From NCBI RefSeq assembly GCF_001194135.2, contig NC_068982.1:19941521-19997258 (forward strand): 55,738 nt of DNA, written 5' to 3'. The notes beneath the pieces were generated by a model that saw only the letters and a list, made by a program, of their open reading frames with translations, did no database searches and was not told the origin of the DNA. A program made the position numbers and the translations under genes. This document shows positions 23,110 to 36,367 of the stretch, piece after piece. The first letter of the stretch is position 1. Each line of letters opens with the position of its first letter. The DNA comes from Octopus bimaculoides (Eukaryota).

Positions 23110-23694
23110 TCCCAACGCTAAACACATACATCATAACGTCACTTGCACTATGTACAAACATGTCGGCAACAAATTTATATTTAAAAAAATGCATTATGAA
23201 AGATGACCTACAGCCAGTCTATCAAGTACAAATCGAAAATAACGTAGAAATTGCATGTCTATTTCGGCTGAACGCTCCATGCACTACATTCAGTCCACTC
23301 AACTTTGTTTAACAGATATCTATAGGATTATTGTAGATGCTCAAGTAAGATTTACTGAAATCTGCTGCTATCTTCTTTCAACAGAGGAAAACAATACACA
23401 TAAGCTACGGAAAATAAGAACTGTTATGCTATTGTTGCACGAACAACATAAAATTAGTAGGACTTGTATCACCTTCACGAATGATTGCAGATATCCTTTA
23501 CCTAATATTGAGTCTTAAAACAACCGATAAAAGCTACTTGGAAATGTTGAAATATCAATATATATATAGAAAGAACATTATGTATGCTCTGTTATACCAG
23601 AAGTTTCAGAAGTTTCGAGATGTAAATTCGATCAGTATTTTTTTTTATATAATAGGTAAATATACTCTCCACGTTGCTGTAACATATATTTTGA

Positions 23695-23945
23695 CTATCT
23701 GGTCACTGTATGCGCCACCCAGAACTGGAGGCATCCAGATTAGTCTTGTGGAACCCACTTTATCGTGATATGAGAAGAGGAAAATGTTGTTACACTTACA
23801 TCGACAACCTGATTGCAGTCACTGGCCAGGAATGTATCCAGTACCTTGAGGCAGTGATGCTTGACCGGGAAGTGTGGTGGGTAGACATTGTTGCTGAGGA
23901 CTAGGTTGAGACTCGGCCATAATAATAATAATTATAGGCTGCAAT
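23695..23945 (+). mobile_element. RTE-like LINE 3' end
   Basis: SGHCMRHPELEASRLVLWNPLYRDMRRGKCCYTYIDNLIAVTG...VMLDREVWW, followed by a short (AAT)n tail. Confidence 0.8.
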
Positions 23946-24374
23946 GTACAACGTTGTAGCTACTACATCTAGTAGGGACATAACTTTGTGATGTCATTTT
24001 CGGTTTTAATTCTATAAATTCTACATCAATTGTCGCAATTATGTGTTTTGCTTGTATCTCTACCTCTTCTGTGCATCAGATGTTGCTATTTCATGTTTCT
24101 GAATTGCGAAAGCATGCCTTTCAAAGCGAGGGCTAATATTTTAGTTACTGGCCTGAGGTAGACGATTCTGGTTATTTACAATGCTGCTCTTCAGATTTTC
24201 TAACAGCACCACAATGCATGATATTCTGATTATAAACACTAAGTCTTACTAGTGTCTTGTTACTCTACCTCAAAATCAGAACATCACCAATGCTTCTGCA
24301 TCCCTTATTACGAGTCATGAAATACGATTCAAGTAATCCCTTTCCATGTGAAGAATAAGGAGAACCTTTAAAGC

Positions 24375-24585
24375 GTCGGATATAATGCTTTAAGTTATTT
24401 GTTATAACTATTTGTGATTCGTGTTTAAATTTCACAAAGATCAATTTTGCTTTCCGTCCTTTCAATATCAATAAAAAGTACCAATGAAGGACGATTGATT
24501 AGCGGATAAGTAAGAATGTCGCAGTAGATCCCTGCAGTATTTATTCTGGCTTTTTACATTCTGAGTTCAAATCCTGTCACCGCTC
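24375..24585 (+). mobile_element. Two adjacent decayed SINE family A pieces
   Basis: TTTTGCTTTCCGTCCTTTCAATATCAATAAAAAGTACCA (core) and TTTTACATTCTGAGTTCAAATCC (B-box region). Confidence 0.45.
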
Positions 24586-24824
24586 CGTTGAAAGTGGGGA
24601 ATGAAGTTGACTGAACATGTCACCGGGATTTAGAGCACCACTACTTGGCTTCTTGGGTGACATTAGTGGAGACCACTCTGTATAATAATTAGAGACAGAC
24701 ATCTTGTCTAATGATACCAACCATACTTTCTCCCACTTGTCTCAAAGATGGTGTGAAGACATAGCCACTGTCATCTCCCCTGACCAGAAAGTTAAAAGAG
24801 GTTAAAAAGATGCATAGAATACGT

Positions 24825-24860
<36 letters not shown>

Positions 24861-25429
24861 AAAAATATTTTATGAATGCATCCATGTATGTATGCATATA
24901 TATATATATATATATGTACACACATTTATATATGTATATACGACCTGTGTACGTGCAGCGAACAAATGTATTTGTTTATGCATGCGAGTTTGTATGTATT
25001 AATTTATATTCGTATATTTGCATGAAAGCACGCAATATACACGCAGTTATTTAGGCATGTGTATACACGCATGCTTGCATGAATGCAGTCCTATAATTAG
25101 AAAAATATAACGATGAACAAAACATTTGTTTAATGCTCAGATAAAGGATAAAAGTTTTTAACGAAACTAGATGCTATATATCTGTCATATTAACCTTGAT
25201 TAAGTGTCATAGATTGTATTGTGTATGTCAATAAGTTTTTCTATAATGTTCATGCAAATGAATCTCGAGATAGGATTGTATGGCAAGTTAAAATTAATTG
25301 TTTTGTTTGTGAATGAGGAAGCAGAAGGCTAATATATGGTTTTCTTTGTATGATGGAGGTCAAAATATATCAACAGATATTTTAGCAATGGTGATCGGGC
25401 CTATATGATTGTAATGGTTATATTACTTT

Positions 25430-28120
25430 ACCCACTTTCAGAATAAATTCATTAATAGGTTGTTTTCCTAGTACAAACCTGCGAAGACACAGCTCTCTTT
25501 TGTTTGGAATTGATACATGCAACCGTGGAAATCATTGCCCTTCGATTAAGCGAAATGGCGGTCACCAATTATGCACTGCAACATTATTCCCACAAATGTT
25601 AGACTTCGAACTAAAGGTTAATTGTTATGACAAATCTTCCTTCCGTAAAATAAACGACTTTTTACTAGCTTTGAATAAAGTTTAAGTTTGGTATTAATTG
25701 CCAATATATATAATTTCCACACACTGAAATCATTATCATACACAAGGTATTTCAATCATTGATTGTAATACCTTATGTAATCATTCCCTTGCTGAAATTG
25801 CTTTTCTTTGAACCTATTTTCAAAAGACTCATCATCTCTTTAAATGATTCTCCTTATTTGACACTCTTAGAATCTACACAATGAATGATATAGTTTTTCA
25901 ATCAAGTGCTTGGTCTTAATTATTTCAATTTCATTTATGTTAATGATTGAGCCCAAACTTTTGCGTATTTTGTCCGACTTGTGTAACATTGTCTTTCTTT
26001 TTTGGTGTTCTTTTTCTCAGAAAAGCAATAGCCTTAATTTATTTAAAATCTTCCGAAAACTTTTCAGAAAACCATTCAATTCCTTCTCTTGCATCTCCCA
26101 TTGTCTCCGTAAAAAGTAATTTAATACAACAGTAAAAAAGAAAGGCGATAGAACATACCTCTCTATCCCCACCGCCCCGCTATGTCAAAGTTCAAATTAG
26201 ATAGCGATTTGATTGAATATATTTACTCAACATTTACTTCTTCGTTACATCGCAGCTTATAAACTGTCCTGCTTTGCTTAATCTGTTAGAAACAGAAGCC
26301 AAATTTCTAATATACCATATTCCATCGTCTCAGTAACTAACTTATTCTTTTCACTATGTTATTTCTAGGGTCTCTGCACATCGGTAAAAAACGAATTTGC
26401 TATCATTGGATTATCATGTTTGATCGGAAACTAAACGACAATACAAAATCACTTCCCTTCAAATCATAGTAAAGTAGTAGATGCCCAGCTCTTATCCTAT
26501 GTACATGATCAAGTTGTTTTTGGAAATGTACAGGTGCCAATATCAAGAGCTGCCTAAATTTGATGCTATCTTGTAGTAAAATTCTTGTGCACTATAACTG
26601 CGCATATACCAAATATCTGCTTGCGCATCACTTAGTATACTTTTGAAAGCAGTATGTATCCTATTTAGCATAACCGAATTCAATGTTTTGGCTGCTATGA
26701 GGCTTTGGATTATACATTTCCAATTGCTACACCTTCCGAGATACCCCTTTTTCCAAATGCAGTCACACCACCTATCTTCCAATATTCAGGTGTTCAATAT
26801 TCCATATATAACAAAACATCAATAATGTTCCGACAGTAAAGTGCTTATCTCATTTTAACATTTCTGTTGTAATTCCATATAATCCAGTAGCCTTTCCGTT
26901 GTGTATTTGCTCGATTGCGCCTCAAATATTTCATGTACAGTCTCTTCCAACTTCGCTTGTCTTTCAGAAATTATCAGAGAATTTCTACCATTAAAAGCCC
27001 TTGTTCATAACTGTATTGAAAGATTCTTTGGATCTTTGATTGATGATTCTATCAGATATAATTAGTTTCCCATCAATACCGGAACAGGTAGTCATTTTCA
27101 TCTCTTTACATTACCTGAAATCTCATTTATTATTTCATATCATTTTCTGATTCCACTACTATTTCCTGCATTGAGTAATTTATCCGCTCCGCGAGCCTTC
27201 ACTTCAGAAGGATTTAATTTTATCTCTTCTTGACCACCTTTTCACCCCTGTGTTGAAACTTCAATATTTAGCTACTACCTGTTTAATGTCCATCTTAGTC
27301 TCACACCAAGTTTCAACAATTTCTTGTTATTCAATTCGTGCCTCAATAACTCCCAATGTTTCATCCGAAATCCATTCGGGTTGTATCTTTCTTCTTCCCA
27401 GAACATCTGAAGCTACATTCTGGTAAAGATCCTTTACATTTCTCAACGCACCATTGATTTCTATATCATCTTCCTCTGTAACATCAAGTAGTACAAATTG
27501 ATTTCGATATTAATTTTCAAATTTATCATTAAGTCACCCTTCAACTTTTCAGTATTAAACCTAGTAATCACTTCCTTCTCTTCTTCAGCCTTCAGTATTA
27601 AATGAAATGTACCTGTTTCTAACCGATAGTCACTTCAAGTATTGGCAACTCGATATATTCTAACTTCAAGCTTTGATTTTACATTAGAGATTTATCAAAA
27701 TACGATTCATTTGAATGAGATACTTTAACATGGGGGTGTCTAAGTATATACATGAACATCATTGTGTTTAACAAAAGTACTTCTGAAATACTGCAGAGAA
27801 GCCGATCAATTTTACATCAGTCTCGTATGCATCACCAATCCATGTACACTGGCCCCAAATGTCGTTGCTTGTACCAGTCTTCACAGTTAGATCACCAACC
27901 ACACCATCAATTCTCTATTTTAACAACTGGGAAGCATACTTATTCTATTCTTATATTGTATTCTTTGTGGGTGTTTAAAAAACAATAACGTTCATATTGA
28001 GTTCCTTGGCTTTATATTTCGTTAAAGAATTCTAATGTCAGCTAAAGGTTTCCATTCAGATAATATGAAAGAAAGATTGTATTTCAGAGCATGTCAACAC
28101 TATTAGGTGTCCCATATTGC
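25430..28120 (-). mobile_element. Old RTE-like LINE (APE endonuclease plus reverse transcriptase), heavily decayed
   Basis: Collinear remnants: EWKPLADIRI; VGDLTVKTG (~27897-27873); TFVKHNDVHVYT; SDYRL; RFNTEKLK; DVLGRRKIQPEWISD; IWKKG...SLIAAKTLNSVMLNRI; YVLSPFFFTVVLN (~26160-26120); INTKLKLYSKLVKSRLFYG. Confidence 0.8.
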
Positions 28121-28149
28121 CTTCTTATACAGAAATATAAAACGGTAAT

Positions 28150-28168
28150 GATCTGAGCCCTAATAAGC

Positions 28169-28226
<58 letters not shown>

Positions 28227-28271
28227 GTCTGTCTGTCTATGTCTGTCTGTGTGTCTGTCTGTCTGTCTGTG

Positions 28272-28308
<37 letters not shown>

Positions 28309-28340
28309 GTCTCTCGCTCTCTTTCTCTCTCTCTCTATCT
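28150..28340 (+). repeat. Compound microsatellite (ATCT)n-(GTCT)n-(CT)n
   Basis: Directly visible. Confidence 0.95.
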
Positions 28341-28920
28341 ACACACAAATAGAATTGTAATTTTATGAAGGTGGTGTTGAATATTGTCAGAATTTAGCAG
28401 TGGAAGAATTATGAGATACTTTTGGTTAGAAATACCCACAAATATAGATTATCATATTATGAAGAAGCTCAACAATAAATGTTTCAAATCACTACATATC
28501 ACTAATAAAAGCGTCAGCCTTATCAAGTTTGAACCAAAATGTAACAGGCTTGGCAAAAATATATGTTAAAGAAAATTTATGATGCACTAAAATCAAGAAC
28601 CCAAGAGTGAATGTGTCGGATTACTGCAACTAACGGGTCTCAAGTTTAGCTAGTGCTACACGTTCTAATAATCGTATGGTTGGTATCATTATTTTGAAAG
28701 CGCTTTACACCCACATACTGACTATCGTTCGAGATGGCTTTTGACTTCCATTCTCATCTACTCAAAAGAACAGAATAAAATTTGTTATTGCTTAATTTTT
28801 ATGTCGTAAGTCCCTATAAGAATATTCCACATGATTCAGGAATATAATAAACTAATGTGCCGAAAAACTTACAGAGGCAATTTCTAGCAAATTTCTTCTT
28901 CTTCTTCTTATTAATATTCA

Positions 28921-29135
28921 AGTCACCGCCTGGAATTGAACTCAGAAACTTGGGGGTTAGTAGCCCGCACTCTTAACCACTACACCATATGCTCGTGGGC
29001 AGTTATAGAGTGAATTAAGGTATTAAAGAAGGATAGGAAAATATTATATTTATAAGCCTTAAAATTCACTCCAAAATTGCCCACGGGCATATGGCGTAGT
29101 GGTTAAGAGCGCGGGCTACTAACTCCGAGTTCGAT
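28921..29135. mobile_element. Palindromic element: two divergent tRNA-derived units head to head
   Basis: 28921-29020 is the reverse complement of 29057-29135 apart from small indels. Each arm has an A-box (TGGCGTAGTGG) and a B-box (GAGTTCGAT / GAGTTCAATTCC). Confidence 0.75.
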
Positions 29136-29209
29136 AAAAAAAATATGGATAATAATAATAATAACATCGAAAATATAAATATATTACATTTCACTTAAGT
29201 CATTGGACT

Positions 29210-29352
29210 ACGGCCAAGAATTTTTAGTCGATCGACTACAGAACTTTCTTAAGAACCTCTTCCTTATTCTATCAGACTCTATTACCAAACTGCAAAATTA
29301 CGGGGACTTAAAAACGCCAACACCGATTTTTAAGGGCTGGTGGGGGACAAAG
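29210..29352 (-). mobile_element. SINE family B 3' part, decayed
   Basis: AAGTCATTGGACTACGGCCA...TTACGGGGACTTAAAAACGCCAACACCG...GGTGGGGGACAAA resembles 16965-17125 and 40320-40505. Confidence 0.6.
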
Positions 29353-29649
29353 AAAGATGCAAAATAAAAAAAAAAACATACACAAACATATGCATTATTT
29401 ACATTTGACGGATATTTGTCCTCATCTTGTTTGTTGGTAACATAACTGATATACCGTGGTGTCATGGGGAAAATTTCGAACCTGTAATTAATCCCCCAAA
29501 ACGAGGAACAAACACAAGATGAAAAAGAGGACGTAGTACATGCAAGGTAATGCTTATGAGCTCAATTTTCGAGGGAACAGTTGTAAATCAATGAAATAAA
29601 AAGACTGCTCACTCCACTCTCCTCGTTTACGCACACATACACAAACGCG

Positions 29650-29682
<33 letters not shown>

Positions 29683-29718
29683 GTATGTATATGTATATGT
29701 GTATATATATATCATATC

Positions 29719-29766
<48 letters not shown>

Positions 29767-30132
29767 AACTCACTCAAACGCTCATATATAGGTTTCTTGA
29801 TGTTATTACGTTTTCGCAGTTTCCGGTTTTTGCTGTCCATGTCACGTGTTAAAGTCTTTATGGTCAACATTTTGAAACCAAGTGTGAATCATTATGATAC
29901 AAGTAAGTCTTTTCTAATATTCTGACGGTTTCGAGTACTCAGTATCAAATAACTGTTTCTCAACGACAATTTGAAACTTTATGCCCACCAGCGAAGTTGT
30001 CTGTTTAGAAATACATACATACATACATACATACATACATACATACGTATGTATCTATATCTGTATTGTATGTAGGTATCTATCTATCTATATATGTATG
30101 CATGTATGTATGTATGTATATGTTCAGTCGTG

Positions 30133-30205
<73 letters not shown>

Positions 30206-30754
30206 TTTATTTCGATTTTGTATTTGGTTTGCAAGATTCTTTATGCGAATTCGTGTGTTGAAGCATATTTTAATGAGTCTGGCGAGAGTCTTTCTCTTTC
30301 AGTGCCTTATTAATTTAACATACTTACCAGTCTGATTTCCACTCATTTACTTATTTATTTTCACTAAAATTTTCGTTACGTCTTGCAATCTTTCAATAGT
30401 CGTTGATTCTGTCCGTAATCGGAACTGCATTCTTCCTTTTGTTTGTGCGCATGCGTATGCGTCAGTGTTCGGTGTTCGTGCGCATACGCATATGTATGTA
30501 TGTAAATATGTATGTATATGTATGCATGTATGTGTGTGTATGCACATACATATTTGTATGCATGTGTGCACGTTTGTAAGTCTGTATGTACTCTGCATAT
30601 ATATGTGTATGCATGTGTGTGTATGCATATATACATATGTATGCATGTGTGCACGTTTGTATGTATGTTTTCTGCATATCCATGTGCGTGTGTATTCATG
30701 TATGTGCGTTTGTGTGTTTGTGTGTCTGTTTGGGTTCATGTTTGTGCGTTTGTA

Positions 30755-30799
<45 letters not shown>

Positions 30800-31020
30800 C
30801 TGTGTATTTGTGTGAGTACCTCTGTCTTGTGTGTGCATGTATGTGTGTGTGTCTGTGTATGGGTTTATATGACTATGTATGTGCATCTGTTATGTGTTGA
30901 TGTTTGTCTCCGTATGTGTTCCTGTGTGAAGTGTGCATGTGTGTATATGGTCATATGTTTCAGTCTTCATCTGTATACATGTATGTATGTGTGCATGTGT
31001 GTGTGCATGTGTGTATATGT

Positions 31021-31220
31021 GTGTGTGTGCCCGTCTGTCCGTATTACCTACATATGTACAATTATTTGCATATTTATACATGTATGATGAATATGTCTCT
31101 CTCTCTTTCTCTCTCTCTGTATGTATATAGGGGAGAGAGAGACGTATTTATCATACATGTATAAATATACAAATAAATGTACATACATAGGTAATACGGA
31201 CAGAAGGGCACACACACACA
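31021..31220. repeat. Long inverted repeat (~85-bp arms, ~25-bp spacer)
   Basis: GTGTGCCCGTCTGTCCGTATTACCTA...GTCTCTCTCT at 31021-31106 pairs with 31131-31220 with about 7 mismatches. Confidence 0.9.
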
Positions 31221-32749
31221 CACACACACGCACACATGTATGTATGCATGTATATATTAAATGTCACTGATAAAGAGCACTTACATTGAGATCTGTTACG
31301 GTTGGCTATTATGTAATCGTGGCGTATAAAATTCCATACACATTTTATAAACATATATTTTTGCATATTCTGTGTATATGTACAATATATGCTCACAAAC
31401 ATGAACAGAGGCAAATACACTCACATGTACACATATATATCTGTATATAAACCCACACACACATATATCTATATATAAACACACATATATCTATATATAA
31501 ACATATACACATGTATGAATAAATGTATATACTTTAATAGCAATTTCCAGAAAATGTTCACACTGTCATAGTGGAATATTATAGTTTATTTCGTCTACTT
31601 CAATGACCTGTGACTCTCGAGCTTCGCCGAGGAGTTACGGTTCCTCAGACGGGAATAGATATTCCTGCCGCTGCAACCGGTAACACGTCTTGAAAACTTT
31701 TTAGTAAGAACCACTGCATTAGCATACATATACATACTCTCGTACTTACATATGCGCAGTATGTTTGCATATATTCACAACTACACTAGCAGTTTTCATA
31801 CATATTCATACAGTCTAACATTACATTATATGTGATAGAATTTTTTTTTCGTTTAATCGCATACTAAAAACAGAAGAAAACATCAGCATTAATATTAAAA
31901 AAATAAACATAGAGAAATCAACATCAACAGAGAGAAAACAATTCAGGAGAAAAAAATATTCGCGAACAGCTTGCTCAGCAATAAGAGAGAGAAAAAGTTT
32001 TCCACATGATTTAGTGAGAAACTTGAGCTTATATTGGTTTTTGATACGTTGATAAATGGTCGATAATATCTCTTTCAAGAAGATAGTCAGGTGGGGGAAA
32101 TTATCATCACAAGATATATTATTTAAATTCTACTTGAATAAAGATGGATATAGTTAAATATTATAAAAGTCTGGCTAGAAAGTATAAAAAAATTCAATAA
32201 AAAACATGATGTATATTTTTTCTATCTTCTCTTAAACAAGGCAAAAAAAAAAAAAAAAGTCTTTTAACTAATTTATTTTTCATTGATCTTTTCGACATTT
32301 CTCACTAGAATATCAGATAATAATTCTTTTTTTAGTTTTATTGCGAGTCGCATATCATCCTGACATATAATGTAATACAAAAAATGAAAGTAAAAACTTG
32401 TTCACTTGCTATTTATGACTCTGTCTCACTACTGTCTTTTTCTGTGATTATGTCTAAAACTTGGGAAATGTATTGAAAAGGAGGCATGTATACGGGGTAT
32501 CTTATTTTATTGAAAAGCTCTTTAGATTTAAAAGCATATACTAGGTTAAATGTTTGGATTTAAAAATACTTTCAATATCTTTCTAGATCTAGCATGATAT
32601 TATTATATTTTCTTACTCAAGGAGGACAGAATATTATTATGGAGTCTTTACGAAAAAGAAGTCAGTGTTTAATTTGTTTGATGTTGTTGTTTAACTTGAG
32701 AGCTGCTTTAATAGACTTGGGTTATAATCAAAATCGTTGCAGTCGTGCT

Positions 32750-33300
32750 CATCTAGTCTTTTATGAAACAAAGTGTAATGTTGTTCGGTTACCATATTTC
32801 AGTTGATAAACGTTCGCTGGAACGTTCAGGACATGCTGCACCGATTCTTGATCGCGAATTGACAGGCCGCAGTTATCGGCGTACGGGAACCCAAAGGTCA
32901 TGGTAGTCTGAAACTTCAATTGAGATTTGCGTCATCAGAGATTAAAAACTACTCTCCAGACGGTAAGGGAACATGATTACATTGTTAGGATGGACTTTAT
33001 CCAGCTTGAGGAGAATAGCGGCCGTGACGAAGAGGTTGAAAAGAACCGGAGAAAGTATGCAGCCTTGTTTCACGCTGATGCTGAAACGAAAAGGGCTTGA
33101 TTCTCGACCGCCGATAACTACACGAGCTGCTTTCCTGCAGAAATACAACATTCTACCTACGGATCTCTTGCTGAGGATCGAAACGGATGGTGGACCATCA
33201 AGCTTGTGAAACCGTCGAGACAAGGTATCATCAATAGTTCGATGAGAGCCGAGGGAGGACTGCTGCGGCTGCTACTAGATCGACTCCAACACCTTAGGTC
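32750..33300 (-). mobile_element. RTE LINE reverse-transcriptase fragment
   Basis: SSPFRFSISVKQGCILSPVLFNLFVTAAI...YRLESS and YADNC at 32884-32870 (YADD variant). Confidence 0.85.
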
Positions 33301-33554
33301 ATCAGTTCCTTGTCTAACCTGGGGAAAACTCTTCCAGCTGGCTTTTAGTCTTCGCTCACATTAGCGTGTTCACCAACTGCGTTTAGACCCAACCTCAAGG
33401 GATGCAGTTGTCCTCGAAGCTAAGAGACCTTCAAGGAAGCAATATTTCAGCATTCTAACAACTAAGTAGAGCTATTTTTCTTTTGTCTTTTTAAACCGGT
33501 ACACTCGTTAAGGTATTGGAAAAAATGCTTTCCAAGATTTGTTCCGGCTCTTTG

Positions 33555-33650
33555 AAGTTTTCTTGACAGAAGTGCTGCAATCTGCTGGGATTGACATATC
33601 TTAAGTAAACATGCTTTATCAGCGTGGTTGTTTTCCACAATATACTTGGA
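33555..33650 (-). mobile_element. Tiny RLE LINE endonuclease fragment
   Basis: IVENNHADKACLL..MSIPADCSTSVKK (with a frameshift) parallels IVVKDHEEKKCFLIDVSIPADDNVSLKE at 36450-36530. Confidence 0.4.
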
Positions 33651-33692
33651 TACAAGTATAACATTCAGCTATTATTATTATTGTTATTCAAA

Positions 33693-33900
33693 GGCGGTAA
33701 GCTGGTAGAATCCTTAAAACGCTGGACGAAATGATTAGCGTTATTTCGTCCATTGCAATGTTCTCAGTTCAAATTTAACTTTACCTTCCATCCTTTCGGG
33801 GTCGATAAATTAAATACCAGTGAAACACTGGGGTCGATGTAATCGACTATTCTCCTCCCCCAAAATTTCAGGCCTTGTGACTATAGTAGAAAGGATTATT
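33693..33900 (+). mobile_element. SINE family A, tail type 1
   Basis: Head, B-box, core and tail CAAAATTTCAGGCCTTGTGACTATAGTAGAAAGGATTATT; preceded by (ATT)n. Confidence 0.9.
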
Positions 33901-33912
33901 ACTCTTATACAA

Positions 33913-34122
33913 GGCGGCGAGCTGGCAGAATCGGTAACGCGCAGACCGAAATGCTTAGCGGTATTTCGTCTTCCGCTACGTCCTGAGTTCGAATTTCGCG
34001 CGGGGTTGACTTTGCATTTCATCCTTCGGGGTCCATAAATTAAGTACCAGTTAAATAGTGGGGTCGATGTGATTGACTTATTCCCTCACCCTAAACTTCA
34101 GGCCTTGTGCCTATAATAAAAC

Positions 34123-34126
<4 letters not shown>
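33913..34126 (+). mobile_element. SINE family A, tail type 1 (tandem copy)
   Basis: Second copy immediately downstream, ending in (ATT)n. Confidence 0.9.
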
Positions 34127-34152
<26 letters not shown>

Positions 34153-34156
<4 letters not shown>

Positions 34157-35100
34157 GTGTCTTTTCACTATAAATTTATTTCAGCTGCCTTTGCACCGAA
34201 CATCCTCCGGATGCCAAGAGTAGCAAGGGCACTTTGGTTTTGCTATGCATGCTAAAATTATCACCACACTTATTCCATTTTAGATGGAGAATGCTTTCCG
34301 TAGTATATGAACTGTACCCATCATGGTTATCTTTTGTAGTTCACGAATATTGGAATTACCAGGGAGTTGCTTAATATACTTCTCAGCTCTCTTCTTTATC
34401 ATTCCCAACGCACCAATTACTACTGGTATTATCGTAGTACATTTTTGTGATTACAGTTTGCTGATCTTTATAGTGAGAAATATTTTCCTATCTCTTTCTT
34501 GAGACATTTTAATCTTTTTGGACAAACATATCTATCAACAGACAAGTTCCCCTGTTGTGTCCTTGATCACAATGTCTGATCGATTGGAGTCAATGTTTCT
34601 GTCTGTTTGTATTAGGAAGTTCCAAAGGATGGTGACGCCCTCGCCATTTACTACATCCTTTGGATGGTGCCTAAGCATTCCAGTGGATGTACTGCCCTAG
34701 TCTGTCATGTCTTATGGGGTACTCCTTTTCAGCGAAGACTGGGCAGCCAGAAACAACATGATCAATTGTCTCGGTGAATTTTCCGCAAATTCTGCACGAG
34801 GGGTCAGATCCGTTTTTAAGGACGTTTGCATGGTAGTTTCTGGTGGGTAAACTCTGATCTTGTGCTACAATAACAAAACCTTCTGTTTTCCTTTTCAGAC
34901 CTGTCCCTTGTAGCAATTGGTGTGTTAGATTTTGATCAATATCTGGCTTGGACAGGCGGTTAGGGTATTTCTCATGCTCTAATTAAGCCGTCACATCCAG
35001 AGTTTTCTGTCGTTTGTCTCCTTTGAATGCGAAAGCTTGGAGAGCGTGGAAGGCCTGCTGGCTTTTGTATCCACTGTCATTTTTATTCGATTATGTTGTT
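34153..35100 (-). mobile_element. RLE LINE (R4/Dong-like) 3' part
   Basis: LQGTGLKRKTEGFVIVAQDQSLPTRNY...SCRICGKFTETIDHVVSGC...RHDRLGQYIHW, then ILWNFLIQTDRNIDSNRSDIVIKD and IPVVIGALGMIK...LQKITMMGTVHILRKAFS. It ends in (TAA)n on the minus strand. Confidence 0.9.
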
Positions 35101-35506
35101 GATGTTGTTCACAGCCGCTGTCGTCCTTCCCTGGTTGTTCGCAATGATGTTGTTTATGATGGTAGCCGAGGTAGACTTGTGCTTGGGCTCCTCTGCGTTA
35201 ATTTTCTTACAGCCAATGATTCTGTCGATGTAGCTGTAGAAGTATGAGTGTTATGAAAAGTAATGGTCTGGGACAGTGTTCTTTTTGAAGTATCATACTT
35301 CAAAGAAATTTGGACAGCAAACATTGTTTCCTCCAATTAAGGCTTATCTGAGGTCCGTCTATTTAAGGTAGCTCCAGTGGAAGAAGTAAGGCTGAAAATA
35401 TTTTCCGTTTCACAGTTCATACGCTTCATTTATTTTTTTCCTCGATGTATGTGTGTGTGTGTGTGTGTATGTGTGTATGTCTGTTAGTGTGTGTTTGTGT
35501 GCATGT

Positions 35507-35550
<44 letters not shown>

Positions 35551-35944
35551 TCTGTGTGTCTGTATGTTATTTCCTCTGTAGCCCTTACTGTTGCTATAAT
35601 TTATCGTGTCATTTAAATTCTTCCGAATTACGCTTTCTGTCAGAAAATTAATGTTTCTTTTGAAATAAATGTGTTCTGCTGTGAAATTGAATTTGTATTC
35701 TGTTTTTCGGTCTACAGTCTGTGTAAACGAGTTTGTTTTTATTCTAAGTTCTTTTTTGTTGTGTGTTGTGGAGGCTTTTATTAAACGTTGTAACAATTTT
35801 GCTTGTCTAATCTAGAAAGAATTAATAGGAGCAATTAAATTAGATATCTTTTCAGAAGTTTCTTCTGGTAATAACCCACAATATATGAGAGGCGAACGAA
35901 ACATGCTCGACTACCTCAAATACAGCATAGGCAATAAAAATGAT

Positions 35945-35946
35945 GA

Positions 35947-36008
<62 letters not shown>

Positions 36009-36199
36009 GTAAACCTAACAGAAGAACATAACTCGCAAGCGAAAAGAACACAATTCGCATTGTGCATAATGCGATACAAAGACTAACACGCGATACAAAG
36101 ACTAAAATAGCAACTGACTCCAGCCAAAGACCACGACAAAACAAACTGACGCAATACAATGCGGGGAAGATTTTGTACTGTCCCAACATCAACATCAGC

Positions 36200-36246
<47 letters not shown>

Positions 36247-36334
36247 ATACAAGACATACAAAACATACACACCTCTGCGAGTCGGAGGTGTAGAAGGTGA
36301 CGAAGTAGAAATTTGCCTGGAACTATAAAATATC

Positions 36335-36365
<31 letters not shown>
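35945..36365 (+). repeat. Cluster of (CTA)n, (CAA)n and (TAA)n tracts separated by short unique spacers
   Basis: Directly visible. Confidence 0.85.

Positions 36366-36367
<2 letters not shown>

Noticed and set aside
30320-30328. ATACTTACC as the U1 snRNA 5' end
   Set aside because: Only 9 nt match and downstream sequence is unlike U1; it is simply the complement of a splice-donor consensus.
31600-31700. GC-rich blip as an HDV-like ribozyme
   Set aside because: P1/P2 pairings could not be built around the TTCCTCAG loop-like segment.
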